A DNA stretch of 64,000 bases from Gammaproteobacteria bacterium (lineage in GTDB: Bacteria > Pseudomonadota > Gammaproteobacteria > Eutrophobiales > Eutrophobiaceae): contig OZ220696.1 in assembly GCA_965116495.1 (NCBI GenBank), forward strand, positions 1,075,493 through 1,139,492. Reading direction: 5' to 3'. Under the pieces are notes generated by a model. It did not search any database and was not told the DNA's origin. It was given only the letters and a program-made list of their open reading frames with translations. Positions 45,864-57,287 of the stretch are shown piece by piece; position 1 is the first letter of the stretch; each line of letters begins with the position of its first letter. Made by a program: the position numbers and the translations under genes.

Positions 45864-47768
45864 TTACAGCGTTTGCTCATAAACTGTGATATCGGCATCT
45901 GCTTTCAGGTTGTTGTTGTATTCCGTCCAGGTCGATGTAATGTGAGCCTGCAGTATTTGGCCGCGTAAGGCCTCCAGTTCGTCTTCTTCTATCGTATCCG
46001 GGTCCACCCGGGTAACGGAATGGACGATGACCACCGTGTAATCCCCTGTTCCCAGGGAGGCCCCGTCGTGGAGCGGTTTCCCCGCCTCGGGTATACCCGC
46101 CCTGAACGCGGTACGTAATACGGCCCGGTTGATAGTTTCATCATCCTGGGTAACACCTGAGGCAGTTTTCCAATCCAGGGGAAATTCCAGGACCAGCTCC
46201 TCTTTTGACTTTCCCTCCTCCAACTGTTCAAGGATTGTCTCGCCCCGTTCCCGGGTACGGTCCCTGGCCTGCTCATATTTGATCCTGGTGACGATTTCAT
46301 CCCGTACATCCTCAAGTGGCTTTTTCATGGGAGAACGGTGTTCCAGCACGCGTAAAACCAGGTAACGATCATTGTCCAGTTCGAGCAGATCGCTGTTGTT
46401 CTCTTGCAGCAGCACTTCATCACTGAACGCCGTTGAAACCACACCCGGCTCTGCAACAATACCCACCCCGGGGTCTTCCCGGCTGATATAGTCACTGGTT
46501 TGCACATCCAGCCCCAATTCTTCGGCCGCCACCTCCAGGGTATCGGGGCTTTCATAAGTCAACTCCGCCAACCGGTCCGTCAGTTCATACAGTTGTTTGG
46601 CGGCCTTCTCTTCTCTCAGGTCCTGCTCCACTTCTTCCCGCACGCCGGCCAGGGTGGCCTCGCTACCGCCCTGTATCTCATCCACCGCCATGATATGAAA
46701 CCCAAAGCGTGATTGCACCGGTTCGCTGATTTCGCCGGGCGCAATGGAAAAGACGACCTCATCGACTTCCGGCTCCAGTACGCCTTTTGTGAGGAAACCG
46801 AATTCGCTGAATTCAACAGCGCCCTCATACTTTCCTGCGTGGTTAACCGCGACGTCCTGCATTTCCTCACCTTCCCTGACCAGCGCATACAATTCATCGG
46901 CTTTCGCTCTCATCTCATCGGCGATTGCCTCGGAAGGTTCCTCAGGCAGCTTGACAATGATTTGTTTCACCTTGCGGGTTTCCGCCACCTCGTAATTATG
47001 TTGATTTTCACTGAACCAGGATTCCAGTTCCCCCTCTTCCAGGTAGACCTCTTCGGCTATCTTTGCCAGGGACAGGACCAGGTAGGCAATCCTGACTTTT
47101 TCCGGTTCCATGTACCGGTCCTTATTCTCGTACCAGGACTGAACCTGCTCGTCGGTTACCTGTATGGTTTCCTTCAGTTCATCAGAGGACAAAACCGTAT
47201 AGGAGAAATCCCGGGTTTGATGCACAATGCTGGAGTACGCGGCAATCTCCGGTTGCGTGACGAAATCCGTTGCAAACATCGAATTGCGCATTTGTTCTAC
47301 TGCCATATCCTGTTGGATCCTGGCCAGGAAACCTGCAGGGGTCAATCCACTTCGATTAGCAGCCAGTTCAAACTGCGCCATGTTAAATCCTTGATCGTCG
47401 TTGAATGTAGATACCTGGCGGATAACCTGCCATACCTCTTCTTCACCCACGTATAATCCGGCTTTCCTCCCGGCCTGCTTCAGCAACTCAGTCCGTATCA
47501 GGTCTTCCGTCGCCTGTTGCTTTATCAGGGGCTCCGCCTCCTCTTCCACCGGAGCGCCCGATATGGACTGCCACTGCTGGCGCATATCCTGGTAGGCGCG
47601 CTGATAGTCTGCAAGGCTTATTTCTTCACCATTGACTTCAATGGCAATCACCCCGCCTGACTGTTCAAAATAATAATTGATACCCCAGAACGCGAAAGGG
47701 ATGATCATGATGGTGAAGATAACCACGGCCACCCAGCCTTTCACCTGGTCCCTGATCGTTTGTAACAT
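45864..47768 (-). CDS. ppiD: Periplasmic chaperone / peptidyl-prolyl isomerase PpiD
   Basis: 634 aa with an N-terminal membrane anchor, SurA-like domains and a parvulin domain; downstream of lon as in E. coli. Confidence 0.85.
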   Translation of the reverse strand: MLQTIRDQVKGWVAVVIFTIMIIPFAFWGINYYFEQSGGVIAIEVNGEEISLADYQRAYQDMRQQWQSISGAPVEEEAEPLIKQQATEDLIRTELLKQAGRKAGLYVGEEEVWQVIRQVSTFNDDQGFNMAQFELAANRSGLTPAGFLARIQQDMAVEQMRNSMFATDFVTQPEIAAYSSIVHQTRDFSYTVLSSDELKETIQVTDEQVQSWYENKDRYMEPEKVRIAYLVLSLAKIAEEVYLEEGELESWFSENQHNYEVAETRKVKQIIVKLPEEPSEAIADEMRAKADELYALVREGEEMQDVAVNHAGKYEGAVEFSEFGFLTKGVLEPEVDEVVFSIAPGEISEPVQSRFGFHIMAVDEIQGGSEATLAGVREEVEQDLREEKAAKQLYELTDRLAELTYESPDTLEVAAEELGLDVQTSDYISREDPGVGIVAEPGVVSTAFSDEVLLQENNSDLLELDNDRYLVLRVLEHRSPMKKPLEDVRDEIVTRIKYEQARDRTRERGETILEQLEEGKSKEELVLEFPLDWKTASGVTQDDETINRAVLRTAFRAGIPEAGKPLHDGASLGTGDYTVVIVHSVTRVDPDTIEEDELEALRGQILQAHITSTWTEYNNNLKADADITVYEQTL

Positions 47769-47891
47769 TCAATTTCTCCGTCGTCATTCCGGCGCAAGCC
47801 GAGCAGTGGCACATGGATGTGCCGTTAACGGAGCATACGACGCAAATCCAGTAATTACATCGTCGCCCCTGGCGACACATTATAAAATGTT

Positions 47892-47969
47892 TGGCGGAGT
47901 GGACGGGACTCGAACCCGCGACCCCCGGCGTGACAGGCCGGTATTCTAACCAAACTGAACTACCACTCC
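47892..47969 (-). tRNA. tRNA-Asp (GUC)
   Basis: GGAGTGGTAGTTCAGTTTGGTTAGAATACCGGCCTGTCACGCCGGGGGTCGCGGGTTCGAGTCCCGTCCACTCCGCCA is near-identical to E. coli tRNA-Asp. Confidence 0.9.
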
Positions 47970-47975
47970 ATTACC

Positions 47976-48051
47976 TGGTGGGTGCTGAGGGGCTTGAACC
48001 CACGACCTCCGCCTTGTAAGGGCGGCGCTCTCCCAACTGAGCTAAGCACCC
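47976..48051 (-). tRNA. tRNA-Val (UAC)
   Basis: GGGTGCTTAGCTCAGTTGGGAGAGCGCCGCCCTTACAAGGCGGAGGTCGTGGGTTCAAGCCCCTCAGCACCCACCA. Confidence 0.85.
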
Positions 48052-48127
48052 GGCAGGCATATTATAACAAAAAAAGATACTTCTTGAACATTTACAATCT
48101 GTATGCACCAGGGCTATCTCAAAGTCG

Positions 48128-48245
48128 GTATACGCCCCGCTGTCATTCCGGGCTTGATCCGGAATCCAATGAAAACGTAATGTTTTATAAACAATGATTG
48201 ATTGTTTGACTGGATGCCGGGTCAAGCCCGGCATGACGGTCGGGG
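48128..48245. repeat. REP-like palindromes (GTCATTCCGGGCTTGATCCGGAATCC ... ATGCCGGGTCAAGCCCGGCATGAC)
   Basis: Direct reading of the sequence, in the lon-tRNA intergenic region. Confidence 0.8.
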
Positions 48246-48293
48246 ATCAAGTCCGTAATGCAGAATAGCGGGTAGCTATATCCCGACTGTTCC

Positions 48294-50705
48294 TTAATGC
48301 GGCAGTATTACTTCCTTGCCTTTATCGGGCGTGACTGTTTCCTGCTCTACGATACCGGTATCTTCCGCTTGCGGACGAGGCATGTGGTGTAATGCAATTT
48401 CCAGCACTTCATCGATCCAGCGCACCGGCTTGATCTCCAGGTTCTGCTTGATGTTCCTGGGTATCTCGACCAGTTCACGCTCGTTCTCGAATGGGATCAG
48501 GACCGTCTTAATGCCGCCGCGCAGGGCTGCCAGCAATTTTTCCTTGAGACCGCCGATAGGCAATACTTCGCCGCGCAGGGTAATCTCGCCGGTCATGGCG
48601 ACACTTGCGCGCACCGGGATATTGGTCAGGGCCGACACCAGCGCCGTACACATTGCCACACCGGCACTGGGACCGTCCTTTGGCGTGGCGCCTTCCGGAA
48701 CGTGAATATGAAAATCACTCTCCTTGTAAAAATCCACGTCGATCCCCAGGATCTCACTGCGGGTCCGCACAACGGTACGCGCTGCCTCGATGGACTCCTT
48801 CATCACGTCACCCAGGTGGCCGGTACGGATAGCTTCGCCCTTGCCCGGCACCACCGTTGCCTCAATGGTCAGCAAATCACCGCCTATTTCAGTCCAGGCC
48901 AGTCCGGTTACCTGCCCTACCCGGTCCGCTTCCTCGGCGCGGCCGTAACGGAATCTTTTGACGCCGATCAATTTTTCCAGCTTTGACGGCGTTACGGACA
49001 TTCGTTTCAACTCCGCCTTTTGCAGTAACCGGGTCACCACCTTGCGGCAGATATTAGCTAATTCCCGCTCCAGGTTGCGCACCCCGGCCTCACGGGTGTA
49101 GTAGCGGATTATCTCCCTGATTGTTGCATCACCGAGATTGATTTCCTCGCGCTTCAGGCCATTACGTTCCAATTGCTTCGGCATCAGGTAGTTACGGGCG
49201 ATATTTATCTTTTCATCTTCCGTGTAGCCGGAGATACGGATCACTTCCATACGGTCCAGCAACGGCGGCGGGATATTGAGGCTGTTGGCCGTTGTCACGA
49301 ACATCACCTCGGACAGGTCGTAATCCACTTCCAGGTAATGATCGGCAAATGTGTGGTTTTGCTCGGGGTCAAGGACCTCCAGCAGGGCCGAAGCCGGATC
49401 GCCGCGAAAATCCATGGCCATCTTGTCCACTTCGTCCAGCAGCATCAGGGGATTTTTCGTTCCGACCTTGGCCATGCTCTGCAATATCTTACCCGGCATG
49501 GAACCGATATAGGTGCGCCGGTGCCCTCTTATTTCGGCCTCATCGCGCACTCCGCCCAGAGACATACGGATGAATTTCCTGTTCGTGGCCCGGGCAAGGG
49601 AGCGGCCCAGGGAAGTTTTTCCCACGCCCGGCGGGCCGACCAGGCACAGTATCGGGCCTTTGGGTTTTTTCACCCGTTGCTGGACAGCCAGGTATTCAAG
49701 GATACGTTGCTTGACCTTATCCAGGCCGTAATGATCCGCTTCGAGGATTTGCTCCGCCTTGTTGATATCCCGCGAGATCTTGCTGCGCTTCTTCCAGGGA
49801 ACGTTTACCAGCCAGTCGATGAAATTCCTGACCACCGTCGCTTCGGCAGACATGGGCGGCATCATCTTCAACTTGTTCAATTCGGCGTCCGCTTTCTTCC
49901 TGGTGTCCTTGGGCATGCCCGACTTGGCAATTTTCGTATTCAGTTCTTCCATCTCGTTGGGCGCTTCTTCCATTTCCCCCAACTCCTTCTGGATCGCCTT
50001 CATCTGTTCGTTCAGGTAGTATTCCCGCTGGCTTTTTTCCATTTGCGATTTTACCCGCCCGCGAATACGCTTTTCCACGTTCAGCAGATCGATTTCCGTT
50101 TCGATCAGGCTGATCAGGTATTCCAGACGTTCGCGCACGTCCGTTTTTTCCAGCACAGCCTGTTTTTCTTCAATCTTGATCGACATGTGCGCCGCAATGG
50201 TATCGGCCAGGCGCGAAGGGTCGTCAATACTCGAGAGTGAAGACAGGATTTCAGGCGGTACCTTCTTGTTCAGCTTCACGTATTGCTCGAACTGGCTCAA
50301 GGCGGGCCGTAACAGTATCTCAACAGCCCGTTCAGCCGATGTTTCCTCTTCGAGCAGTTCCGTACTGGCAAAAAACATGGAATCGGTTTCGATGTAATCG
50401 ACTACGCGGGCGCGCTGGGCGCCTTCCACCAGCACCTTGATAGTGCCATCGGGCAACTTCAATAGTTGCAGGATATTGGACATCGAACCGATGTTGTAAA
50501 TCTGATCAATGCCCGGGTCGTCTTCACCGGCGCTCTTCTGGGCAACCAGCAGGATCTGTTTGTTACTGGCCATGGCAGTGTCCAGTGCCTTGATGGACTT
50601 CTCCCGTCCTACGAACAGCGGTATCACCATATAGGGATACACCACCACGTCGCGCAACGGCAGAACGGGATAAACGTGCAGCTGGGGTTTGGAATCAGTC
50701 GACAT
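48294..50705 (-). CDS. lon: ATP-dependent protease Lon
   Basis: 803 aa with an N-terminal LON domain, GPPGVGKTS Walker A, and C-terminal protease with the PKDGPSAG catalytic-Ser motif. Confidence 0.95.
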   Translation of the reverse strand: MSTDSKPQLHVYPVLPLRDVVVYPYMVIPLFVGREKSIKALDTAMASNKQILLVAQKSAGEDDPGIDQIYNIGSMSNILQLLKLPDGTIKVLVEGAQRARVVDYIETDSMFFASTELLEEETSAERAVEILLRPALSQFEQYVKLNKKVPPEILSSLSSIDDPSRLADTIAAHMSIKIEEKQAVLEKTDVRERLEYLISLIETEIDLLNVEKRIRGRVKSQMEKSQREYYLNEQMKAIQKELGEMEEAPNEMEELNTKIAKSGMPKDTRKKADAELNKLKMMPPMSAEATVVRNFIDWLVNVPWKKRSKISRDINKAEQILEADHYGLDKVKQRILEYLAVQQRVKKPKGPILCLVGPPGVGKTSLGRSLARATNRKFIRMSLGGVRDEAEIRGHRRTYIGSMPGKILQSMAKVGTKNPLMLLDEVDKMAMDFRGDPASALLEVLDPEQNHTFADHYLEVDYDLSEVMFVTTANSLNIPPPLLDRMEVIRISGYTEDEKINIARNYLMPKQLERNGLKREEINLGDATIREIIRYYTREAGVRNLERELANICRKVVTRLLQKAELKRMSVTPSKLEKLIGVKRFRYGRAEEADRVGQVTGLAWTEIGGDLLTIEATVVPGKGEAIRTGHLGDVMKESIEAARTVVRTRSEILGIDVDFYKESDFHIHVPEGATPKDGPSAGVAMCTALVSALTNIPVRASVAMTGEITLRGEVLPIGGLKEKLLAALRGGIKTVLIPFENERELVEIPRNIKQNLEIKPVRWIDEVLEIALHHMPRPQAEDTGIVEQETVTPDKGKEVILPH

Positions 50706-50779
50706 ATCAGTTGTTAATCGATGAGTATGCTCCTACTAATGGGGACGCCGGGCACGGATTTCAAGTCCCGGGGCTGACA

Positions 50780-52066
50780 CTAATCCGCATCAGAAGCTGC
50801 CTTCGGCAATTCCCCGCCTTCGTAGATCATCAACGGCTTGGTCTCTCCTGTAATCACACCCGCGTCGATAACAACCTTCGTGACACCGTCTGTAGAGGGC
50901 AGGTCGTACATGGTATCAAGCAGCACGTTTTCCATGATCGAGCGCAGGCCGCGGGCGCCGGTTTTTCTTTCCATGGACTTTCTGGCAACACTGCGCAACG
51001 CATCATCACGAAATTCAATTTCACAGCTTTCCATGTCGAACATGCGTTCATACTGCTTGGTCAGCGCATTCTTCGGTTCAACCAGGATCTTGACAAGTTG
51101 TTCTTCATCCAGTTCATCCAGGGTCGCGACCACCGGCAGACGGCCGACAAATTCAGGGATCAGGCCATACTTGATTAAATCTTCGGGCTCGACAGTCTGT
51201 ATCAGGGCGCTCGCGCTCTTCCTGTCCGTCAGGCTCTTCACTTCAGCGGAGAACCCGATGCCAGCCTTTTCCGAGCGTTCACGGATAATTTTGTCCAGTC
51301 CCGAAAACGCGCCACCGCAAATGAACAGGATATCCGCCGTATTCACCTGCAGGAATTCCTGTTGCGGATGTTTGCGACCCCCCTGCGGCGGAACTGACGC
51401 TACCGTACCCTCAATGAGCTTCAGTAAAGCCTGCTGTACCCCTTCGCCGGAGACATCGCGGGTAATCGACGGATTGTCGGACTTACGGGAAATTTTGTCT
51501 ATTTCATCTATGTAAACGATACCCGTTTGCGCCTTTTCCACGTCGTAATCACATTTCTGCAGCAGCTTCTGGATAATATTCTCGACGTCCTCTCCAACGT
51601 AACCGGCCTCGGTCAGTGTAGTGGCATCGGCAATGGTAAACGGCACATTGAGCAAGCGCGCCAGGGTCTCAGCCAGCAGGGTCTTGCCACTGCCGGTGGG
51701 GCCGATGAGCAGAACGTTACTCTTGGCCAGTTCTACATCGGACTTTTTCACGCCCTGGTCGAGACGCTTGTAGTGGTTGTATACGGCAACCGACAGAATT
51801 TTCTTCGCGATATCCTGTCCGATAACATATTCGTTCAGAATATCATTGATTTCACGGGGAGTCGGCAAGGTGCTGGCAGCACCGGAAATCGATCTCTCCT
51901 GGATTTCCTCCCAGATGATATCGTTGCATAACTCGACGCATTCATCACAGATGAATACGGAAGGACCCGCTATCAGTTTACGCACTTCATGCTGGCTTTT
52001 GCCACAGAACGAGCAGTAAAGCAGCCTGTCGCCTTCGCCGGCCTTACCCTGTTTATTGCCGCTCAT
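50780..52066 (-). CDS. clpX: ATP-dependent Clp protease ATP-binding subunit ClpX
   Basis: N-terminal C4 zinc finger [11 protein letters not shown]...[12 protein letters not shown] Walker A; 428 aa. Confidence 0.95.
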   Translation of the reverse strand: MSGNKQGKAGEGDRLLYCSFCGKSQHEVRKLIAGPSVFICDECVELCNDIIWEEIQERSISGAASTLPTPREINDILNEYVIGQDIAKKILSVAVYNHYKRLDQGVKKSDVELAKSNVLLIGPTGSGKTLLAETLARLLNVPFTIADATTLTEAGYVGEDVENIIQKLLQKCDYDVEKAQTGIVYIDEIDKISRKSDNPSITRDVSGEGVQQALLKLIEGTVASVPPQGGRKHPQQEFLQVNTADILFICGGAFSGLDKIIRERSEKAGIGFSAEVKSLTDRKSASALIQTVEPEDLIKYGLIPEFVGRLPVVATLDELDEEQLVKILVEPKNALTKQYERMFDMESCEIEFRDDALRSVARKSMERKTGARGLRSIMENVLLDTMYDLPSTDGVTKVVIDAGVITGETKPLMIYEGGELPKAASDAD

Positions 52067-52130
52067 AACTTACCCTGAATAATATTGATATTAATTGTTA
52101 ATGCTCCTCACGGAACCAGTTTGACGCATC

Positions 52131-52757
52131 CTATTCTGAATTCGGCGCGGACAAGCGGGTTGACAGAACCGCGTCAACAAGCCCATAGTCCTTCGCCTCC
52201 TGCGAACTCATGAATTTATCACGCTCCGTGTCCTGCTGTATTTTATCAATAGATTGTCCTGTATGTGTAACCAGAATCTGATTCAGTCTCTCACGCGCCT
52301 TTAAAATTTCCCTTGCATGGATATCTATATCGGTTGCCTGTCCCTGAAAACCTCCCAGGGGTTGATGGATCATAACCCGGGAATGGGGCAGGCAAAAGCG
52401 TTTGCCCTCGGCGCCGCCGGCCAGTAACAGTGCCCCCATGCTGGCCGCCTGGCCGACACACATGGTACTGACATCCGGTTTGACAAACTGCATGGTATCG
52501 TAAACGGCCAGACCTGCGGAGACTGATCCGCCCGGGGAATTAACGTAAAAATGGATGTCCTTGTCAGGGTTCTCAGATTCCAGGAACAACAACTGGGCAA
52601 CAATCAGGTTGGCTACGTGGTCCTCGACGGGCCCCACCAGAAATATCACCCGTTCCTTCAACAAACGGGAATAAATGTCATAGGCGCGCTCGCCACGGGA
52701 GGTCTGTTCCACCACCATGGGCACCAGGTTGAGGGCCTTTATATCTGAGTCATGCAT
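52131..52757 (-). CDS. clpP: ATP-dependent Clp protease proteolytic subunit ClpP
   Basis: [23 protein letters not shown]...GQAASMGA matches ClpP. Confidence 0.95.
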   Translation of the reverse strand: MHDSDIKALNLVPMVVEQTSRGERAYDIYSRLLKERVIFLVGPVEDHVANLIVAQLLFLESENPDKDIHFYVNSPGGSVSAGLAVYDTMQFVKPDVSTMCVGQAASMGALLLAGGAEGKRFCLPHSRVMIHQPLGGFQGQATDIDIHAREILKARERLNQILVTHTGQSIDKIQQDTERDKFMSSQEAKDYGLVDAVLSTRLSAPNSE

Positions 52758-54075
52758 TTTGGTTAGTCTGCCCTTTATTCATCAGTTCGTCAAACGACAG
52801 GGACAATTCCTTTACCTTGCTCCGGGTGGTAATCCAGTTAATCACCTCATCTTCAAGGGCCAGGGACTCAATTTCAGCCAAGTGTTGCTTGTCATTGTAA
52901 TACCAATTGATCAAAGCTGCAGAATCTTCATAGCTTTGCGCTCTTTTTTCAATGATTTCCCTGACTTTTTCCGGGTCCGCCCGTAATTCCTGTGAGCTGA
53001 TAATCTCTGCCGTCAACAGTTGCAACGCGACCTGGCGCCGGGCTTTACCTTTCAGTTCATCAGACTCCGCGATTTGTGAGAAAACCTCACTGGAGATGCC
53101 GCGCTGTTTCATATCGTTGGCGAATAATTCCTGCATGCGCTTGACTTCGGCGTTTACCAGGGCATTGGGCACTTCAATTTCGTTGGCTTCATACAGCGCC
53201 TGCATAATCGAGTCCCGGAAGCGGGTGCGGGCGGCCACCTCGACTTCCCGTTCCATGTGCGCGCGAATTTCCTGCCTGAATTTCTCCACATCTCCCTCCT
53301 GTACGCCAAATGCCTCGAAGAACACGGCATCAAGTTCAGGCAGCACGGGTTCCGCAACATGGTTGACCTGCACTTCGAAGACCACCGGTTTGCCGGACAA
53401 TTCTTCATGATTATAATTCTCCGGAAAAGTCAGGTCCAGGCTGCGCGACTCGCCGGCAGATGCGCCAATCAACCCCTCCTCCAGGCCCGGGATATACCTG
53501 TTCTCACCGATTTCAATCTCCGCGTTTTCCGCCTTGAGGTTATCGGATGTCTCGCCGTCAACCTCACCCTGGAAATTGACATTAATCCTGTCACCCTCCT
53601 GCGCAGATCGCTCCACTACCTCGAAACTGCGTCGTTGCACGCGCAGCTTCTCTATCATGTCGACGACGTCAGCATCAGTGATGTCGCAAGTCGGCTCTTC
53701 TATTTCAAGGTCTTCTACCGGATTGAGTTTAAATTCCGGCATCACCTCAAACGTGGCGGTGTATGACAGGCCGCCACCGACTTCCTCCCGCAACGGATCG
53801 ATCAACGGCGCGCCCACGGGCTTCAGTTCTTCCTGTGTCACCGCCTCGTAAAAAGATGACGAGACCAGCTTCTCCACCACCTCCCTGCGCACCTGGGAAC
53901 CAAATCTCTGTTTGATCACGCGCATGGGCGCCTTACCCGGGCGGAATCCCTGTATCCGGCTGGTTCTACTCATGGACTTGAGCTGTTCTTCAACTGCAGT
54001 TGAGATGCGTTCCTCCGGCACATCAACGGTGACGCTTCTCTCAAGCGGGCCGGTTGTTTCAACTGAAACCTGCAT
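52750..54075 (-). CDS. tig: Trigger factor
   Basis: 441 aa starting [17 protein letters not shown], with ribosome-binding GFRPGKAP motif. Confidence 0.95.
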   Translation of the reverse strand: MQVSVETTGPLERSVTVDVPEERISTAVEEQLKSMSRTSRIQGFRPGKAPMRVIKQRFGSQVRREVVEKLVSSSFYEAVTQEELKPVGAPLIDPLREEVGGGLSYTATFEVMPEFKLNPVEDLEIEEPTCDITDADVVDMIEKLRVQRRSFEVVERSAQEGDRINVNFQGEVDGETSDNLKAENAEIEIGENRYIPGLEEGLIGASAGESRSLDLTFPENYNHEELSGKPVVFEVQVNHVAEPVLPELDAVFFEAFGVQEGDVEKFRQEIRAHMEREVEVAARTRFRDSIMQALYEANEIEVPNALVNAEVKRMQELFANDMKQRGISSEVFSQIAESDELKGKARRQVALQLLTAEIISSQELRADPEKVREIIEKRAQSYEDSAALINWYYNDKQHLAEIESLALEDEVINWITTRSKVKELSLSFDELMNKGQTNQNA

Positions 54076-54105
54076 ATATCTTTATCCCCATTATGATATT
54101 TGAAA

Positions 54106-54190
<85 letters not shown>

Positions 54191-54227
54191 TCCACAGCTT
54201 GATCCGATATTTGATGCGCGCCTTCCC

Positions 54228-54280
54228 TCGCACACAGGGCGCCCCCCGGACGCCCAAATCCGCTCCTGGCAGATTTGTCA
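54228..54280. repeat. Third copy of the structured unit from the sdhB-sdhE spacer (GC hairpin plus AAATCCGCTCCTGGCAGATTT)
   Basis: Aligns to 13925-13998 and 14036-14110 with compensatory changes in stem 1. Confidence 0.75.
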
Positions 54281-54372
54281 TTATACATCAGCCCGGCTCT
54301 CTCAATAGGCCGCTTGTAACCACCGGATTTTTGTTGCTGTTGTCAGGCTGGCAGGACAACGGGAAGACTTAT

Positions 54373-54696
54373 TCAGAGACATTCTTCGGCGAACGATGTA
54401 CAGGTCCGCACGCACTTCTGGGATACTACATCCTCGGCAGGGCTGACCAGGACACACTCCTCACCCCACCGGGAACAAACGGTCATACAGCGGCTGTTTT
54501 CGCTATTTTCCTCAACCGCAGCAGGAAGTTGCAGGCTGGCAGGTTCGGCGCCGGATTGAACTTCGCTGTCTTCATAATCCAACGCGAGTATCAACGGAGC
54601 AGGAGTTGACTGCAACTCCAACGACGCTGCGTAAACGAACGAGGTGGCAATTACCAGGGCAGGTAGAAAAGGCATACAGACAACCCGTTTTTTCAT
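54373..54696 (-). CDS. Small secreted protein with duplicated C-x3-C-x6-C motif
   Basis: Signal peptide MKKRVVCMPFLPALVIATSFVYAAS, then CMTVCSRWGEEC...CVRTCTSFAEEC. Nothing in the sequence points to a known family. Confidence 0.45.
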   Translation of the reverse strand: MKKRVVCMPFLPALVIATSFVYAASLELQSTPAPLILALDYEDSEVQSGAEPASLQLPAAVEENSENSRCMTVCSRWGEECVLVSPAEDVVSQKCVRTCTSFAEECL

Positions 54697-54843
54697 AAGG
54701 CAATTATGACAATAATAGTATAGGACTGGCAAGAGAAAAAAAGTTCACCCCCCTGCGTTATTTTCCACCCGCTACACGCATAATACCCAAATCGCCAATT
54801 TTGCCCTAATATATATATACTACCTACACAATTTTCTTACATC

Positions 54844-55227
54844 ATGGACAACAGGCTATATTTTATTTTCGGCGACCTGATCTCAAATATCAGCGCAGGG
54901 GTCCTGCTCGCTCTCTCAGCCGCCTTGCTGGTCAGCACCGGTTGGAATATGTTCATCGCCATGGCCGTGATGATGCTGCTTGGCATGGTACTGGGCCTGT
55001 TCCTGTCCCTGGCACTGAGTATCCTGTTCGGGGCCATGGAAATCATGGTGCCGGTCATGCTGACCGGCATGTTCAGCGGCATGTTCAGCGGCATGTGGCT
55101 GGCAATGGCAGATGTGCGCATCCTGCAACTGGTCTACCTGGGAGCGGTCACCGGGTTTGCCGTGACCTGCATCATCTGGTCCGTCAACGTACGGCTACGC
55201 GGTATCCGGACAGAGGAAACCAGCTGA
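54844..55227 (+). CDS. Small polytopic membrane protein (about 4 TM, Met/Gly-rich MFSGMFSGMW repeat)
   Basis: Hydrophobic 127-aa ORF immediately upstream of, and overlapping, a methyltransferase gene. Confidence 0.45.
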   Translation: MDNRLYFIFGDLISNISAGVLLALSAALLVSTGWNMFIAMAVMMLLGMVLGLFLSLALSILFGAMEIMVPVMLTGMFSGMFSGMWLAMADVRILQLVYLGAVTGFAVTCIIWSVNVRLRGIRTEETS

Positions 55228-55229
55228 CA

Positions 55230-55847
55230 ATGGTCGACCTGGCCACACAAACCAAATGGGACAAGGCTGCCTCCAGCCTGGACCTGATGACCGGCTACGG
55301 CGAATTGAAACGCTGGCTCCCGTTCAAGACCCGGCTGTTCGGCCACATGGAACCGGGTAATATCCTATTCGCATCCCTGGGTACCGGACTGGATATTTCG
55401 GCATTCCCGCCAGGCATGTCGGTTACCGCTGTCGATATCAGTCCGGAAATGTTGAAACGGGCGCAACCTCGTGTCGAACAATACGAGGGAGAAATCAAGG
55501 CTGAACTCATGGATATCCATGAACTGGCGTACCCGGACAACCACTTCGACCAGGTATTTACATCCTGTACGTTCTGCTCGGTACCTGATCCTGTCAATGC
55601 GTTAAAAGCACTGAACCGCGTGTTGAAACCGGGTGGCAGGCTTTACATGTTCGAACATACCGGCAGCCGCTATTTCCCTTTCAAATACATGATGGATTTC
55701 ATGACGGTCATTACCAGCAAAATCGGCCCAGACATGAACAGGACCACCGTGGACAACGTCAAGGCAGCCGGATTTGCAGTCACGGAAGTGAACAACCTGT
55801 TCCTTGATGTTGTCAAAACCATACAAGCGATTAAACCACTCAATTGA
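55230..55847 (+). CDS. Class I SAM-dependent methyltransferase
   Basis: 205 aa with GTGLDIS motif I-like and VLKPGGRLYMFEH motif; start ATG 55230. Confidence 0.75.
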   Translation: MVDLATQTKWDKAASSLDLMTGYGELKRWLPFKTRLFGHMEPGNILFASLGTGLDISAFPPGMSVTAVDISPEMLKRAQPRVEQYEGEIKAELMDIHELAYPDNHFDQVFTSCTFCSVPDPVNALKALNRVLKPGGRLYMFEHTGSRYFPFKYMMDFMTVITSKIGPDMNRTTVDNVKAAGFAVTEVNNLFLDVVKTIQAIKPLN

Positions 55848-55877
55848 CCAGCCGAGAACCGAATTAACCGGATAACC

Positions 55878-57287
55878 ATGCGCCAGTTGCTTGCAGTTTT
55901 TGTTGTTATGTTGGCAGCGGGACTGCTTCATGGAGAGGCGCGCGACAAGGCAATACTGCTCAGTGTCAATGACGCCATCGGCCCGGCCATCGCGGATTAC
56001 ATCGAACGCGGCCTTGACAAGGCAAATGATGCCGGCGCGGAAATCGTCATCATTCAACTGGATACGCCGGGCGGCCTGGACCTGTCAATGCGCAGTATTA
56101 TCCAGGCCATCATCGCCTCTCCCGTGCCGGTCGCCATCCATGTAGCGCCTTCCGGCGCGCGTGCCGCCAGCGCCGGCACTTACATGCTGTATGCCACGCA
56201 TATTGCGGCCATGGCGCCGGGCACCAACCTGGGCGCCGCTACCCCCGTGCAGATGGGCGGCCTGCCCGGCATGGACCCGCCGGAAAAACCTGCGCCTCCC
56301 GGTGCGCCGGACGATAACGCCGGTACTGAAGAAGCGGACCAGGACGGGGCGGCGCCGGAAAACCCGCTGGCCAATGCAGATGCAATGACGAAAAAAATAG
56401 TAAACGATGCCGCGGCTTATATCCGCAGCCTGGCCGAAATGCGTGGGCGTAACGCGGACTGGGCGGAACAGGCCGTGCGGGAGGGCGTCAGCCTGTCCTC
56501 CGAGCAAGCCCTGGAAGCCGGCGTGATCGACATTATTGCCGGGGATACCGCTGACCTGCTGCAACAGGTGAACGGCAGAACGGTGTCCTTGCAGAGCGGA
56601 GAACGGACGCTGAACACCAGTGGCCTCATAGTGGAAGCCATTGAGCCTGACTGGCGCAACGAACTGCTGGCTATCATTACCAATCCGAATATCGCCTATA
56701 TCCTGATGCTGCTGGGAATTTACGGTTTGTTTTTCGAACTGGCCAATCCCGGATACGTCCTGCCCGGGGTCATCGGCGCTGTCTCGCTGTTGCTGGCACT
56801 GTACGCGCTGCAGGTCCTGCCGGTGAATTATGCCGGCCTGGGACTGATGTTCCTGGGGATTGCGCTCATTGTCGGTGAACTGTTCATGCCCAGTTTCGGC
56901 ATCCTGGGGATAGGCGGCATTGTTTCCTTTGTCCTGGGTTCCATCCTGCTGTTCGACCGGGACAGCGGCAATATTGCCGTGTCAATGCCCTTGATCATCG
57001 CGGTCTCCGTGTTGTCATCGGGTTTTTTCCTCATCGTGATCCGGTCCCTGTACGCCTCCAGGCTCCGTCCCGTGGTAACCGGCGCCGAAGAACTCATCGG
57101 CGCGATGGGCCAGATCGCGGCCGATTTCAGCGGTAAGGGCACCATTTATATCCATGGCGAACAATGGAACGTCCGCTCGGACACACCCATGCAGGGCGGG
57201 GACGATGCCCGCGTTATCGGCAGGGATGGCCTGATTTTGCAAGTTGAACCAGTAGCCCGTACTTCTCACCCGGAGGATTCTTCATGA
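55878..57287 (+). CDS. NfeD-family membrane-bound ClpP-class serine protease
   Basis: Signal peptide, ClpP-like domain (IIQLDTPGG...[19 protein letters not shown]), TM segments, and C-terminal OB-fold. Confidence 0.85.
   Translation: MRQLLAVFVVMLAAGLLHGEARDKAILLSVNDAIGPAIADYIERGLDKANDAGAEIVIIQLDTPGGLDLSMRSIIQAIIASPVPVAIHVAPSGARAASAGTYMLYATHIAAMAPGTNLGAATPVQMGGLPGMDPPEKPAPPGAPDDNAGTEEADQDGAAPENPLANADAMTKKIVNDAAAYIRSLAEMRGRNADWAEQAVREGVSLSSEQALEAGVIDIIAGDTADLLQQVNGRTVSLQSGERTLNTSGLIVEAIEPDWRNELLAIITNPNIAYILMLLGIYGLFFELANPGYVLPGVIGAVSLLLALYALQVLPVNYAGLGLMFLGIALIVGELFMPSFGILGIGGIVSFVLGSILLFDRDSGNIAVSMPLIIAVSVLSSGFFLIVIRSLYASRLRPVVTGAEELIGAMGQIAADFSGKGTIYIHGEQWNVRSDTPMQGGDDARVIGRDGLILQVEPVARTSHPEDSS

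Noticed and set aside
54942-55847. 301-aa ORF-table entry suggesting a long N-terminal extension of the methyltransferase
   Set aside because: The upstream 96 codons (HGRDDAAWHGTGPV...) overlap the small membrane protein gene in another frame and are low-complexity. The ATG at 55230 gives a normal-sized class I methyltransferase.
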